The notes: generated from the letters alone by a model not told the origin. 48,601 bases of DNA from Nitrospirota bacterium (GCA_003246675.1 QJZQ01000143.1:1-48601); one strand, 5' to 3'. Shown: positions 20,091 through 29,658, counted from the first letter of the stretch. A program made the numbers and translations.

Positions 20091-20178
20091 ATAAAGTATG
20101 GATCGAAAGGTGCGGACTTTAGTCCCGTCCGCCCCGGGCAAGCTCGCTCCCGGGACACCCATCAAAGGAGATGCAACA

Positions 20179-20436
20179 ATGCCCAACCCTGGCTACTGCG
20201 AATGTCCCTTCTGTCACGGGGAAATCAAAAATAAATCGCTTAAATGCAAGCACTGCGAATCCCTGTTTTTACCCGACCAGCACGTTCATGGCGGGGAGTG
20301 CCCGTTTTGCAAGGAAAGCATCCACCCGGAGGCCATTCGCTGCATGCATTGCAAAACCAACCTGTTTTCCATCCCCGTGGCCAGCCGGCTGATGCACGCC
20401 ATCGACCTGGAAAAAATCGTTTTCGGGGAAGGCTGA
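20179..20436 (+). CDS. Small double zinc-ribbon protein (85 aa)
   Basis: AAAGGAG RBS; two tandem CPFC-x10-CxHC units (CPFC..CKHC, CPFC..CMHC). Confidence 0.75.
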   Translation: MPNPGYCECPFCHGEIKNKSLKCKHCESLFLPDQHVHGGECPFCKESIHPEAIRCMHCKTNLFSIPVASRLMHAIDLEKIVFGEG

Positions 20437-20812
20437 TTTGTCGCCTGGCCCTCGCGAGGAAGACGGCCGATTCGGCCTGCCCATAAACCGGCTCATTTTT
20501 TCTATGCGGGCGTTGTTCATCCGCCCAGGCAAAACCGCTAACGTACTGTAAAACCGGAACAAATAGTCTTGGGCCGGGCCTAAGGCCAACAAATTCTGAT
20601 CTTTACAAGAGAACCGGAATAAGGTAAGGTGATTAGTGGAAGGGAAGTCCGAAATCGGACCGGGGAACTCTACCACCCTCCTCAAGGATTTGCTTCTTCT
20701 GCAGTTTCAGGATCGACATCTTTTCCTGCTGTTCAGGCTCAAGGGCAACGCCACCTTAACCGATAAATACTCAGATCCTTTTACCGCGAATGTTTTCCCT
20801 CAGAGGTTTGTA

Positions 20813-21514
20813 TTGAAAACTTTCAACACAGACAGGGCAGGCTTTTTCAGCAAGCACATGGCCTGGTTTCTGTTTCTGGGCTTGATCCTGGCAAACCCGG
20901 TGTGGGCGAACTCTCCCTCGCTGGTGAACCTGGATGTGGCGGCCAAGGGCCGGTACGTCACTCTCGACGCTCGCCTCGTCAACGGCCTGAACGGAAAGGT
21001 GCAGGAAGCCATTGAAAGCGGCATGCCGATCACCTTCACCTACAGCATCGAACTGCGGGAAAAAGGGGCCATGTGGGGCGACCGCCTTGTGCGCGCCAGC
21101 GAGGTGACCCACACCGTTCAGTACGACTCATTGAAAAAAGTTTACCGCTTTTCAGAAGAGGGAAACAACGTCCAGCGCAAGGTGATCACCCACAAAAAGG
21201 AAAGCTATCAGAAGTTGATGGAAACCTTGAATCAGATTCCGATCGCCCCCATTTACCGCCTCGACCCGGACAATACTTATTATGTCCGTGTCCGCGCCAA
21301 TCTCAAGGCCGATGAACTCCGGTTCCCGTCCAACTACCTGTTTTTCTTTGTTCCATTCAATGACTTTAAAACCTCCTGGGCCCAATCCTCTCCCATTGCG
21401 ATCGACACGGTACCCACATCCGTCGACGAAGCCCTGAACACCACGCCAAACGAGGGTGAGGAAGAAGGAAATCCGGAGGTTTTGAAGCATGTCATCCGAT
21501 CCTTCAACAAATAA
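20813..21514 (+). CDS. DUF4390-family periplasmic protein
   Basis: Signal peptide (FLFLGLILANPVWA), EAIESGMPITFTYSIEL, YYVRVRA. Immediately upstream of an NtrY-like kinase, the usual context. TTG start after GAGG is inferred. Confidence 0.75.
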   Translation: MKTFNTDRAGFFSKHMAWFLFLGLILANPVWANSPSLVNLDVAAKGRYVTLDARLVNGLNGKVQEAIESGMPITFTYSIELREKGAMWGDRLVRASEVTHTVQYDSLKKVYRFSEEGNNVQRKVITHKKESYQKLMETLNQIPIAPIYRLDPDNTYYVRVRANLKADELRFPSNYLFFFVPFNDFKTSWAQSSPIAIDTVPTSVDEALNTTPNEGEEEGNPEVLKHVIRSFNK

Positions 21515-23789
21515 ACTTCGCTTCACCCAGCCCTCCGAGGACTTCGTCCGGCGTAAAAACAGGCGTGCGCGGATCAACATCGCCGTCATCATCCTCTCCC
21601 TCATCGGCCTCACGGCTCTTGAAAATCATTTCCTGAACCAGCAGACCTCGGCGCCCATCGCCAATAACATCGCGATTCTCGCGGTGTTCAACCTCATTCT
21701 CATCCTGCTGTTCATCCTGATCGTTCTGATCGCCCGGAACCTCGTCAAGCTGTATCACGAGCGCAAAAGCAAGATCATCGGCTCCCGGTTTCAGACCAAG
21801 CTGATCATCGCCCTTTTGATCCTCGCCCTGGTGCCTTCCACCCTGCTCTTCATCACGGCGAGCAAGCTGTTCACCTACAGCATTGGCAGTTGGTTCAACC
21901 TGCAGGTGGAGGCAACCCTGGAGCAATCCATGGACGTGGCTCGCGGTTATTACTCCTACATGGAAAAAGACGCTCTGGACAAGGCTAAAAATATCGAAAA
22001 CTTTATCACGCGGGATGAGCTTTACCGGCAGCCGCGACGCGGCGATCTGGCCCTCCTGGCCCGTGCCAAGGTTGCGGAGTATCAACTGGCGGGAATCATC
22101 GTGTTCGACAGCAACAAAAACCGTGTGGTGGAAGAGCTCAACCCCAGCCTCCCCCACGAAGGCATCGACCTCGACTACCAGGACCTGATCCAGAAAAGCG
22201 TCGATGGCGAAGGGGTCTCGGAAATCCGGGCCTGGAACCAGCAGGTTTTTCTGACTGCAGTGGTCCCCCTGGCCGAAACCCTGGATGATAAAAAATTCAT
22301 CTGGGGCTACATCCTCACCCTGACCCACATTTCCAAGGGAACACTGCTCCAGATCGAAGCCATCCGCAACACCTTCGAGGACTATAAGCAGCAGACCTTT
22401 CTCAAGCTGCCTGTCACCGCGAGCTACTACGTCACGTTCCTGCTCATCACCCTTCTGATCCTGTTTTCCGCGATCTGGCTCGGCTTCTACATCGCCCGCG
22501 GCATCACCGTGCCTATCCAGGAACTGGCCAAGGGCACCCGGCGCATCGCCGACGGCGACCTGAACTTCAAGATCGATTTTCGGGCCAACGACGAAATAGG
22601 CATTCTCATCGACTCGTTCAATACGATGACCGATCAGCTCTCTGAAGGCCGCATGAAAGTCCAGCACGCTCACGAGCACCTCAAGCAGACCAACATCGAA
22701 CTTGAGCGGCGGCGGTCCTACATCGAGACGATCCTCGAGAATATCGGCGCGGGGGTCATTTCCATCGACAAGAAAGGCCGCGTCACCACCTTCAACAAGG
22801 CGGCTGGGAAAATTCTGAACGCCCGCATGGTCGACGTATTCGGCACCAGCTACAAGGACACGTTCCCCGCCAGCTTTCGCGACCCCATCCGCAAAATGAT
22901 CAAGCAGATGACCTTCCAGAACCGGGAGTTCCTGGAAGAGCAAATCGAATTGAGGGTGGAAGAAAATACACTGACTCTACTGGTCAACATTCAGGTGCTG
23001 CACGACCTCGATCAAAAATACCTCGGCCTCGTCATCGTCTTCGAGGACCTGACGCAGATGATCAAGACACAGAAAATCGCCGCGTGGCGAGAGGTCGCCC
23101 AGGGCATCGCGCATGAAATCAAGAACCCCCTCACCCCGATTCAGCTCAACACCCAGCGCCTGCGCAAAAAATTCTATGAGGATAAGGACGATTTCGGCCG
23201 TGTGTTTGAGGAGAGCATCGGAATCATCTCTCAGGAAGTCGAAGGCATGAAGGAACTCCTCAGCGAGTTCCAGCGTTTCTCGCGCATGCCCGCACCGAAC
23301 CCGAAGCCCGCCTCCCTGCACAAGATCATCGACGACGTGTCCGTGCTTTACACCGACCTTGGCAAGGATGTCCTGATACAGAAAGATTACGATACCCGCA
23401 TCGACCTGCTCAACCTCGACACCGAGCAGATCCGCCGCGTCTTCATCAACCTGTTCGAAAACGCCATCGATGCCGTGGGGGAAAGCGGCCAAATCACCAT
23501 CAGCACCCGCCTGTACCCGGAGGAGCACCAGGCGCGAGTCGAGTTTTCGGACAACGGGTCCGGGGTGTCCGCCCAAAATATGAATAAACTGTTCGTGCCC
23601 CACTTCACCACCAAGAAACGCGGCACCGGCCTTGGCCTCGCCATCGTCAACCGCATCATCGTCGACCACGAAGGCACCATTCAGGTGCGCGAAAACCAGC
23701 CCCGGGGGACGGTGTTTACGATCACCCTGCCCCACGCGGCCCGGCCCACCACCCGGCCCTTTCTGCCTTCCTCGCCCTCGCCGTTTTAA
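21489..23789 (+). CDS. NtrY-like HAMP/PAS sensor histidine kinase
   Basis: Multiple TM segments, HAMP (DEIGILIDSFN), PAS, H-box AWREVAQGIAHEIKNPLTPI, N/G boxes NLFENA, DNGSG, GTGLGL. Confidence 0.9.
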   Translation: MSSDPSTNKLRFTQPSEDFVRRKNRRARINIAVIILSLIGLTALENHFLNQQTSAPIANNIAILAVFNLILILLFILIVLIARNLVKLYHERKSKIIGSRFQTKLIIALLILALVPSTLLFITASKLFTYSIGSWFNLQVEATLEQSMDVARGYYSYMEKDALDKAKNIENFITRDELYRQPRRGDLALLARAKVAEYQLAGIIVFDSNKNRVVEELNPSLPHEGIDLDYQDLIQKSVDGEGVSEIRAWNQQVFLTAVVPLAETLDDKKFIWGYILTLTHISKGTLLQIEAIRNTFEDYKQQTFLKLPVTASYYVTFLLITLLILFSAIWLGFYIARGITVPIQELAKGTRRIADGDLNFKIDFRANDEIGILIDSFNTMTDQLSEGRMKVQHAHEHLKQTNIELERRRSYIETILENIGAGVISIDKKGRVTTFNKAAGKILNARMVDVFGTSYKDTFPASFRDPIRKMIKQMTFQNREFLEEQIELRVEENTLTLLVNIQVLHDLDQKYLGLVIVFEDLTQMIKTQKIAAWREVAQGIAHEIKNPLTPIQLNTQRLRKKFYEDKDDFGRVFEESIGIISQEVEGMKELLSEFQRFSRMPAPNPKPASLHKIIDDVSVLYTDLGKDVLIQKDYDTRIDLLNLDTEQIRRVFINLFENAIDAVGESGQITISTRLYPEEHQARVEFSDNGSGVSAQNMNKLFVPHFTTKKRGTGLGLAIVNRIIVDHEGTIQVRENQPRGTVFTITLPHAARPTTRPFLPSSPSPF

Positions 23790-23887
23790 ACTCCGGGTGT
23801 TTGTCTCCGGGCTTTTCTTCGCCGGGCAAATGCTTTAAAATAGCCAAACATAAACACTTCTTCCCTCTTCCGCCGGGAGTTTGAGCC

Positions 23888-24118
23888 ATGAAGAAAACCC
23901 TGACGCTGACGCTCGACGAACAGACTTATGAACGCCTGCTGGCCGCGTGCCAGGGGGACGAGAAAGCTCTGGCGCGCCGGGCGGAGGAAATCATCGAAGA
24001 ACAATTCGCGGCTCCCCAGAATGCGGACCAGAGCCTGAACGCCGACGGGCTGGAAGACTACCTGAACAAATCAACCACCGGCAGCCGGGCCTACGGCGTC
24101 AAGGGCCAGGGTTGGTGA
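23888..24118 (+). CDS. Small hypothetical protein, possible ribbon-helix-helix N-terminus
   Basis: GGGAG RBS; MKKTLTLTLDEQTYERL beta-alpha pattern. Confidence 0.65.
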   Translation: MKKTLTLTLDEQTYERLLAACQGDEKALARRAEEIIEEQFAAPQNADQSLNADGLEDYLNKSTTGSRAYGVKGQGW

Positions 24119-24134
24119 ACTCCATCCACATACC

Positions 24135-25568
24135 ATGATACAAAAACGCGTTTTTTTACTCGGAAAACAATGGCGCCCCAGCAGCCGCACCCTCGCGGTG
24201 GTGAACCCCTGGAACGGCGAAACCTTCGCGGAGGTAGGGCTGGCGGGCCCCGACGACATCGAAGAGGCGATCGTTCTCGCCGAGCGCGCCTTTGCCGTCA
24301 CCCGCAGACTCCCCGCTTACATGCGCAGCAGGATCTGCGCGCAAATCGCCAGCGGCATCGAGGCGCGCGCTGAGGAATTCGCCCGCACCATCGCCCTCGA
24401 ATCGGGGAAACCCCTGGTGCATGCACGCACCGAAGTGGACCGTTCGGTCTCCACCTTCAACATCGCCGCCGAGGAAGCGCTACGGCTGCACGGCGAAGTC
24501 CTCTCGCTGGATATTACCGAGGCGGCGCGAGGGAGAGCCGGCATCACCTGGCGCTACCCCATCGGCCCGGTGGCCGGCATCAGCCCCTTCAATTTTCCGC
24601 TGAACCTGGTGGCCCACAAGGTGGCCCCGGCCATGGCCGCGGGCAACCCCATCGTCCTCAAGCCATCGTCCACGACGCCGCTCACCGCGCTGCTCCTGGG
24701 TGAGGTGGTGCTGGAAACCGAGGCTCCGGAAGGCAGCCTGAGCGTCCTTCCCACGAGCCGGGAGGACGCCGCGCCCCTCACGGAGGACCCGCGCTTCAAA
24801 ATGGTCACCTTCACCGGCAGCGCCGATATCGGCTGGGACATCAAGCGGCGGGCGGGGAAGAAAAAAGTCGTCCTCGAGCTGGGCGGCAACGCGGGCGTGA
24901 TCGTCGAACCCGACGCCGACCTCGTCTTCGCCGCGAAGCGCACCGTCTTCGGGGCATTTGCCTATTCAGGCCAGGTCTGCATATCGGTGCAGCGGGCCTT
25001 CGTTCACGAGTCGATCTTTTCGCGGTTTGTCGAAATGCTGAAGCGCGAGGCCGAAACGCTTGTCACGGGCAACCCCCTCGACGAGCAGGTCAACTTCGGC
25101 CCCATGATCGACAGCAAAAACGCCGACCGCATCGCAAGCTGGATCGCAAACGCACGGGCGGGCGGCGCCACGGTGGTGACGGGAGGCACCAAGGAAGGCA
25201 ACACGGTCGCCCCCACCATTCTCACCGGGGTGGCCCCCGGGGCGGAAATCGCCTGCAACGAAGCCTTCGGCCCGGTGCTCGCCGTCGAACCCTATACAAG
25301 CTTCGACCAGGCCCTGGAGCGCATGAATGATTCTGATTTCGGGCTGCAGGCGGGTGTCTTCACCCAAAGGCTGGATCGCTCTCTCAGGGCGTTCAATGAG
25401 CTGGAAGTCGGCGGGGTGGTGCTCAACGACGTGCCCACCTTCCGTGTGGACAACATGCCCTATGGCGGCGTCAAGGATTCCGGTTTCGGGCGCGAGGGCA
25501 TCCGTTATTCACTGGAGGAGATGACCGAAATCAAGCTTCTGGTTTTCAACCACGAAAGAGAGCGATAA
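24135..25568 (+). CDS. NAD(P)-dependent aldehyde dehydrogenase
   Basis: PFNFPLNL, FTGS, LELGGNA, GQVCIS (catalytic Cys), EAFGP, PYGGVKDSG. Confidence 0.95.
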   Translation: MIQKRVFLLGKQWRPSSRTLAVVNPWNGETFAEVGLAGPDDIEEAIVLAERAFAVTRRLPAYMRSRICAQIASGIEARAEEFARTIALESGKPLVHARTEVDRSVSTFNIAAEEALRLHGEVLSLDITEAARGRAGITWRYPIGPVAGISPFNFPLNLVAHKVAPAMAAGNPIVLKPSSTTPLTALLLGEVVLETEAPEGSLSVLPTSREDAAPLTEDPRFKMVTFTGSADIGWDIKRRAGKKKVVLELGGNAGVIVEPDADLVFAAKRTVFGAFAYSGQVCISVQRAFVHESIFSRFVEMLKREAETLVTGNPLDEQVNFGPMIDSKNADRIASWIANARAGGATVVTGGTKEGNTVAPTILTGVAPGAEIACNEAFGPVLAVEPYTSFDQALERMNDSDFGLQAGVFTQRLDRSLRAFNELEVGGVVLNDVPTFRVDNMPYGGVKDSGFGREGIRYSLEEMTEIKLLVFNHERER

Positions 25569-25574
25569 AAACTC

Positions 25575-25997
25575 ATGCAACAGCAGGCCCGGTTTCAAGA
25601 CAACGGCGACGGCACCATCACCGACCATCAGATGAACCTGATGTGGCGGAAAACCGATTCGTTCCAGGACACGAAAAAATGGCTCAACTGGTTCAAGGGC
25701 CAGGACTATGTCGAAATCTCCAACCTCGAACGGGTGGCCGGCCACGAGGACTGGCGCTTTCCCACGGGCGATGAAGCCTGGTCGCTGTTCGACCTGGAGG
25801 CGAGAAACACCGATAAATACGGCGACGATATCTACCTGCCCCCGGTGTTCGAGCCCGGCAGCGCCGGAACCACCTGGACGCTCGACGAAAAGGATTCTTC
25901 GGCCCTTGTCATTCAATACGAGGATGGGCAGAAGGTCTGGCCCTCCAAGTACGCCAACCTCAATATGGCCTATCGCATGGTGCGCGCCCTCGCCTGA
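25575..25997 (+). CDS. DUF1566 (Lcl C-terminal-like) domain protein
   Basis: RFQDNGDGTITD..NLMW, GHEDWRFPT..E.WSL, terminal RMVR. Confidence 0.8.
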   Translation: MQQQARFQDNGDGTITDHQMNLMWRKTDSFQDTKKWLNWFKGQDYVEISNLERVAGHEDWRFPTGDEAWSLFDLEARNTDKYGDDIYLPPVFEPGSAGTTWTLDEKDSSALVIQYEDGQKVWPSKYANLNMAYRMVRALA

Positions 25998-26004
25998 TTC
26001 GCCC

Positions 26005-27597
26005 TCAGTTCAGGTGCTGGTAGGCGCCGCGCAGCGGAAACACCGGGTGCACCCGCACCTCCCCGCCGGGGCGGTACTTGAACCACGGCTGCACCACGAT
26101 GCGTATTTTCTGCGGCGTCGAATGCAGGGTCTTGAACGTGGTTCGGTGCATGCGCTCCACTCCCAGTTCCAGGATCACCGGCTGACCAGCGGGCAGGTTC
26201 AGTTTTTTACCGGCGCTTTTTTCCAGATCGATGCGAACCGACCCGTTGCCGCCCTTATCCAGCGGCCAGGTGCCCTCGGCCAGGAGGCGGGACTCCTGCC
26301 CTTCGGGGAAAATACGCCAGAGGTAGCGCGTATGGAAGCCGCGGGCGTGCGCCAGCCTGAGGACGGGGTCGAGAAATTGCAGCACGTCCCGCCCGTCTTC
26401 CCGTAAAAAGAACAGCCCGAGCGGCGGCCACTGGCCGGTGCCGCCTTCGAAGTTCTTGCGGCTCACGCGGGCGCAGCGCTCGTCCTTCAAAGTCGCCTCC
26501 ACGGTGAGCTGCTTTTTGCGCACCAGGTCCTGACGGAGGGTCAGCGCCAGCGGGTCGGAGGAGTAACAGCTGGCGAGGCCCAGCGCCGCGGCCATTTCCT
26601 GCTGAGGATCGGCCTTCAGAAACTCGTCCAGCTTCTTCGCCATCGCCGCTTCGATTTCGGGATACACTCCGCGGCTCACTTCCACGAACACCCGGCGCGC
26701 GCCCTCGGCGTCCTTTTTGCTCAGCGCCTGCTCCAAGTCGGCGAGGGCCACCTCCTTGAAGGTCTTCCCCTCTCCCGGGTCGGGGAAATAATCCCGGCCG
26801 CCAAACACCTTCTCCCTCAGGAAACGGTAGCGTTCGGGATGGCTCAGCCGAAAATAGGGGTAGTGGATATAGGCCGCCATCGAGTTGGCGAAATCTTCCT
26901 GCAGGTTACCTCGTGAATAGGTGGGCAGATGCCTGAGGGATACGGGGGCGTAGTTATCCTCCGCCGGGTCGTCGATGAAGGTGTACAGATAATTACTTTC
27001 CGGAGTGGCGTCCAGCGCTGGAAGGTTGAGGATGCTGAACTTCGACAGGGCCAGCCACTCGGGCGACACGCTCATGAAACCTCGAGACAGGTCCAGGGCG
27101 TGCGCCATTTCGTGATGCACGATATTCTTGAACACTTCCCTATCTTCATAAAACAAAGTGTTGTAGAATTCCACTCGAAGATCCTGGTTGCCCACCATCA
27201 GCTTATAGGTGGCGTTCTCGGTATCGTGGACGGTCATGTAGCTCGGCAGTGTCGCGGCGGGGATCTCCTCGGCGGGCACACCTGCTGCGTTTCCCATGAA
27301 ATGATCGAGGCGGTACAAGGCCGGAAGCCCCGGCAGGCGGTAAAAGCTGGGCGGCAGCTCGGCGAAGGCCTCATGCAGTTCCTGAATTTCCTCGATCCGC
27401 CAGGGCCGGCCGAAATCAACGAGTTCGTAACCGAACGCGTCCTTGAATTTCTTCACGAGCGCCGCCACTTCTTCGGCGTAATTTCCGGGATACTCGTAAT
27501 AGGGACGCGGGGCGGGGTCGGGGTCGGCGGCTTTCACCGGCAAGGGCCCGGCAAGCGCCCAGGCAAGAACGGCAAGAACTGCGAGAATTTGTCTCAT
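26005..27597 (-). CDS. Exported protein with zinc-metallopeptidase (HEXXH) domain
   Basis: Signal peptide MRQILAVLAVLAWALAGPLPVKA; HHEMAHALD and downstream YSRGNLQEDFA...HPERYRFL. Confidence 0.7.
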   Translation of the reverse strand: MRQILAVLAVLAWALAGPLPVKAADPDPAPRPYYEYPGNYAEEVAALVKKFKDAFGYELVDFGRPWRIEEIQELHEAFAELPPSFYRLPGLPALYRLDHFMGNAAGVPAEEIPAATLPSYMTVHDTENATYKLMVGNQDLRVEFYNTLFYEDREVFKNIVHHEMAHALDLSRGFMSVSPEWLALSKFSILNLPALDATPESNYLYTFIDDPAEDNYAPVSLRHLPTYSRGNLQEDFANSMAAYIHYPYFRLSHPERYRFLREKVFGGRDYFPDPGEGKTFKEVALADLEQALSKKDAEGARRVFVEVSRGVYPEIEAAMAKKLDEFLKADPQQEMAAALGLASCYSSDPLALTLRQDLVRKKQLTVEATLKDERCARVSRKNFEGGTGQWPPLGLFFLREDGRDVLQFLDPVLRLAHARGFHTRYLWRIFPEGQESRLLAEGTWPLDKGGNGSVRIDLEKSAGKKLNLPAGQPVILELGVERMHRTTFKTLHSTPQKIRIVVQPWFKYRPGGEVRVHPVFPLRGAYQHLN

Positions 27598-27803
27598 CTT
27601 GTGCGGTCCTTTATCGGGGGAATCATGCCTCAAGAGTATCAAAACCGCCCGGGGAAAGCGAATCTTTGCACGGCCCGCGGGGCGGCTTCTTTCGCGGTCT
27701 CCCTGTCCCGATAGGCAAGTATTTTTTTGCATCTTTTGCGCTGACGGTTCATCTAAACCAGCGTTTGCGTTCACTGACACATATAAATATGGAGGAAAGA
27801 TCT

Positions 27804-28277
27804 ATGGCGACCCTGCCAGGAATTGATGAAAAACTGATTCGCCTGAACCCGGAATGGACGGTTGAAAACGCGGGCTCGACCCCGCTGGAACAAAACCTGT
27901 CGATCAGCGACTTTAAAGGAAAGAGGCTGGTGGTCACCCTTCCCGGCGCAGGCGGTTTCTGCAATAAAGAGCTGGATCTGATCAAAGACAACATGAACCG
28001 CTTCAAGGAAGCTGGCGCCGACGAGGTGATCGTGGTGGTGGGCACCGACATCCTGACCAACGCTGGACGCGGCCTTGCCAACCTGCTGCAGGACCCCGAC
28101 CTGGCGTTCGCCAAGGCCAACAAGCTGAACCTCGAGGGTGTGAGGAGCCGCTACCTCAACCGCTCCGTCATCGCGGTCGACGCGGGAGGCAACCAGGTTC
28201 TCAGGGAAGACGCCCAGCTTTTGGGCTGCCGCACCCTGGACGGGCTCGTGGAAGCCGCAAAAAAAGCCTTCGCCTGA
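27804..28277 (+). CDS. Redoxin/peroxiredoxin-like protein (atypical)
   Basis: GGAGG RBS; SDFKGKRLVVTLPGAGGFC, FKEAGADEVIVV, DPDLAFAK, RSVIAVD; thioredoxin-fold Prx5/Tpx-like pattern. Confidence 0.7.
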   Translation: MATLPGIDEKLIRLNPEWTVENAGSTPLEQNLSISDFKGKRLVVTLPGAGGFCNKELDLIKDNMNRFKEAGADEVIVVVGTDILTNAGRGLANLLQDPDLAFAKANKLNLEGVRSRYLNRSVIAVDAGGNQVLREDAQLLGCRTLDGLVEAAKKAFA

Positions 28278-28295
28278 TTTTTTCTGCCTGCAAAT

Positions 28296-28338
28296 AAAAA
28301 AACCTCCCGGTGCCTCGCGCCGGGAGGTTTTCTTTTTT
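28296..28338. terminator. Bidirectional intrinsic terminator
   Basis: AAAACCTCCCGG...CCGGGAGGTTTT 12-bp stem with A/T tails between convergent genes. Confidence 0.85.
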
Positions 28339-28364
28339 CTTCTTTCGCAAATGGGCACCCTCCG

Positions 28365-28925
28365 TCAGACCTCCCCGTGGCGAAAACATTCGACCAGATG
28401 GTCGTTGACCAGCCCCACCGCCTGCATGAAGGCGTAACAGATGGTGGGGCCGACAAAGCGGAAACCGCGCTTCTTCAAATCGCGCGAGAGGGCTTCGGCC
28501 TCGGGTGTTTTGGCGGGAATCTCGGCAATCTCTCGAAAATAATTTCTGATGGGCTGCCCCTCCACGAAACGCCAGAGGTAATCGTCGAAGGAGCCAAACG
28601 CTTCCCGCACTTCCAGGAACCGGGCGGCATTGGTGATGGCGGCATCGATTTTCAGCCGGTTGCGGATAATGCCCGCGTCGGCGAGGAGACGCTGACGGTC
28701 CTTCTCGCCGTAGCGGGCGACTTTGACCGGATCGAACCCGCTAAAGACCTCCCTGTAGCGCGCCCGCTTTTTTAGCACCGTCTGCCACGACAGGCCGGCC
28801 TGCGCTCCTTCCAGGATCAGGAACTCGAACAATTTTTTATCGTCGTGAACAGGAGCGCCCCATTCTTCGTCGTGATAGGCGATCATCAGGGGATCTTCCC
28901 CCGGCCAGGGGCAGCGTTTCTTCAT
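28365..28925 (-). CDS. tag: DNA-3-methyladenine glycosylase I
   Basis: RCPW, YHDEEWG, LEGAQAGLSW, IIRNRLKI, FVGPTICYAFMQAVGLVNDHLVEC. Confidence 0.96.
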   Translation of the reverse strand: MKKRCPWPGEDPLMIAYHDEEWGAPVHDDKKLFEFLILEGAQAGLSWQTVLKKRARYREVFSGFDPVKVARYGEKDRQRLLADAGIIRNRLKIDAAITNAARFLEVREAFGSFDDYLWRFVEGQPIRNYFREIAEIPAKTPEAEALSRDLKKRGFRFVGPTICYAFMQAVGLVNDHLVECFRHGEV

Positions 28926-28955
28926 GCGGGCATCGCGGGGACAGGTGGGCGGAAA

Positions 28956-29300
28956 TCAGCCATCGAGGATTTTGAGGATCGACTCCAGTTCTTTCCGCAC
29001 CTTCTTTTTCCACTCCATGAGGTTGTCGCGGTCGAAGGCGAAACCAAGCTGCACGACATTGTTCTTTTTTTCTTTCAGCCTTTTTTTGGCTCCGGCGATG
29101 GTGTACTTCTCTTCGTAGAGCAGGCGTTTAATTTCAAGAATCAGCTCCACGTCCTGCTTCTTGAACAACCTTTGCCCCGCCCGGTTCTTGACCGGTCTCA
29201 AGGCATCGAACTCGTCCTCCCAATAACGGAGGACGTGCTGCTCCACGCCCACGATCTCAGCCGCTTCGCCAATTTTGAAAAACAGCTTGTCAGGAATCAT
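28956..29300 (-). CDS. MerR-family transcriptional regulator
   Basis: [29 protein letters not shown]...YTIAGA; the typical ihfA-downstream MerR. Confidence 0.9.
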   Translation of the reverse strand: MIPDKLFFKIGEAAEIVGVEQHVLRYWEDEFDALRPVKNRAGQRLFKKQDVELILEIKRLLYEEKYTIAGAKKRLKEKKNNVVQLGFAFDRDNLMEWKKKVRKELESILKILDG

Positions 29301-29625
29301 GCTCGCCGTCCATTAGTTGATTCGTCGAGTCCAGCAGCTGCTTGCTGGGCTTGAAGGTGAGCACACGGCGGGAGCGGATTTCCATCGCTTCGCCGGTCTT
29401 TGGATTGCGCGCCAGACGGGCCTTCTTCTCCCGCAGGTTGAAACTCGCGAACCGGGCGATGCGCACACTGTTTCCGCGCGCCAGTTCCGCCTTGATCTCG
29501 TCGAACAGGATCTCCACCGCCTCCACCGCTTCCTGTCGGGTGAACCCCACCCTTTCGTAGACGCGCTCGACCAGATCGGCCTTGACCATCGTTCCGCTCG
29601 ACTCAGGACCGTTATCCACCGTCAC
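29290..29625 (-). CDS. ihfA: Integration host factor alpha subunit
   Basis: [25 protein letters not shown]; followed by merR. Confidence 0.82.
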   Translation of the reverse strand: MTVDNGPESSGTMVKADLVERVYERVGFTRQEAVEAVEILFDEIKAELARGNSVRIARFASFNLREKKARLARNPKTGEAMEIRSRRVLTFKPSKQLLDSTNQLMDGEHDS

Positions 29626-29658
29626 CTCGTTTGCTCAGGGTTCGCTTCCGCAAGAAAA

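Noticed and set aside
20098-20178. Upstream ATG extending the zinc-ribbon ORF, and its CPFCH as a heme c site
   Set aside because: ATG 20098 lies at or before the predicted sigma54 start site and lacks an RBS. There is no export signal, and the Cys pattern fits zinc ribbons.
20739-20766. Possible sigma28 promoter TCAA...ACCGATAA before DUF4390
   Set aside because: The spacer is 16 rather than 15 nt and both boxes are imperfect.
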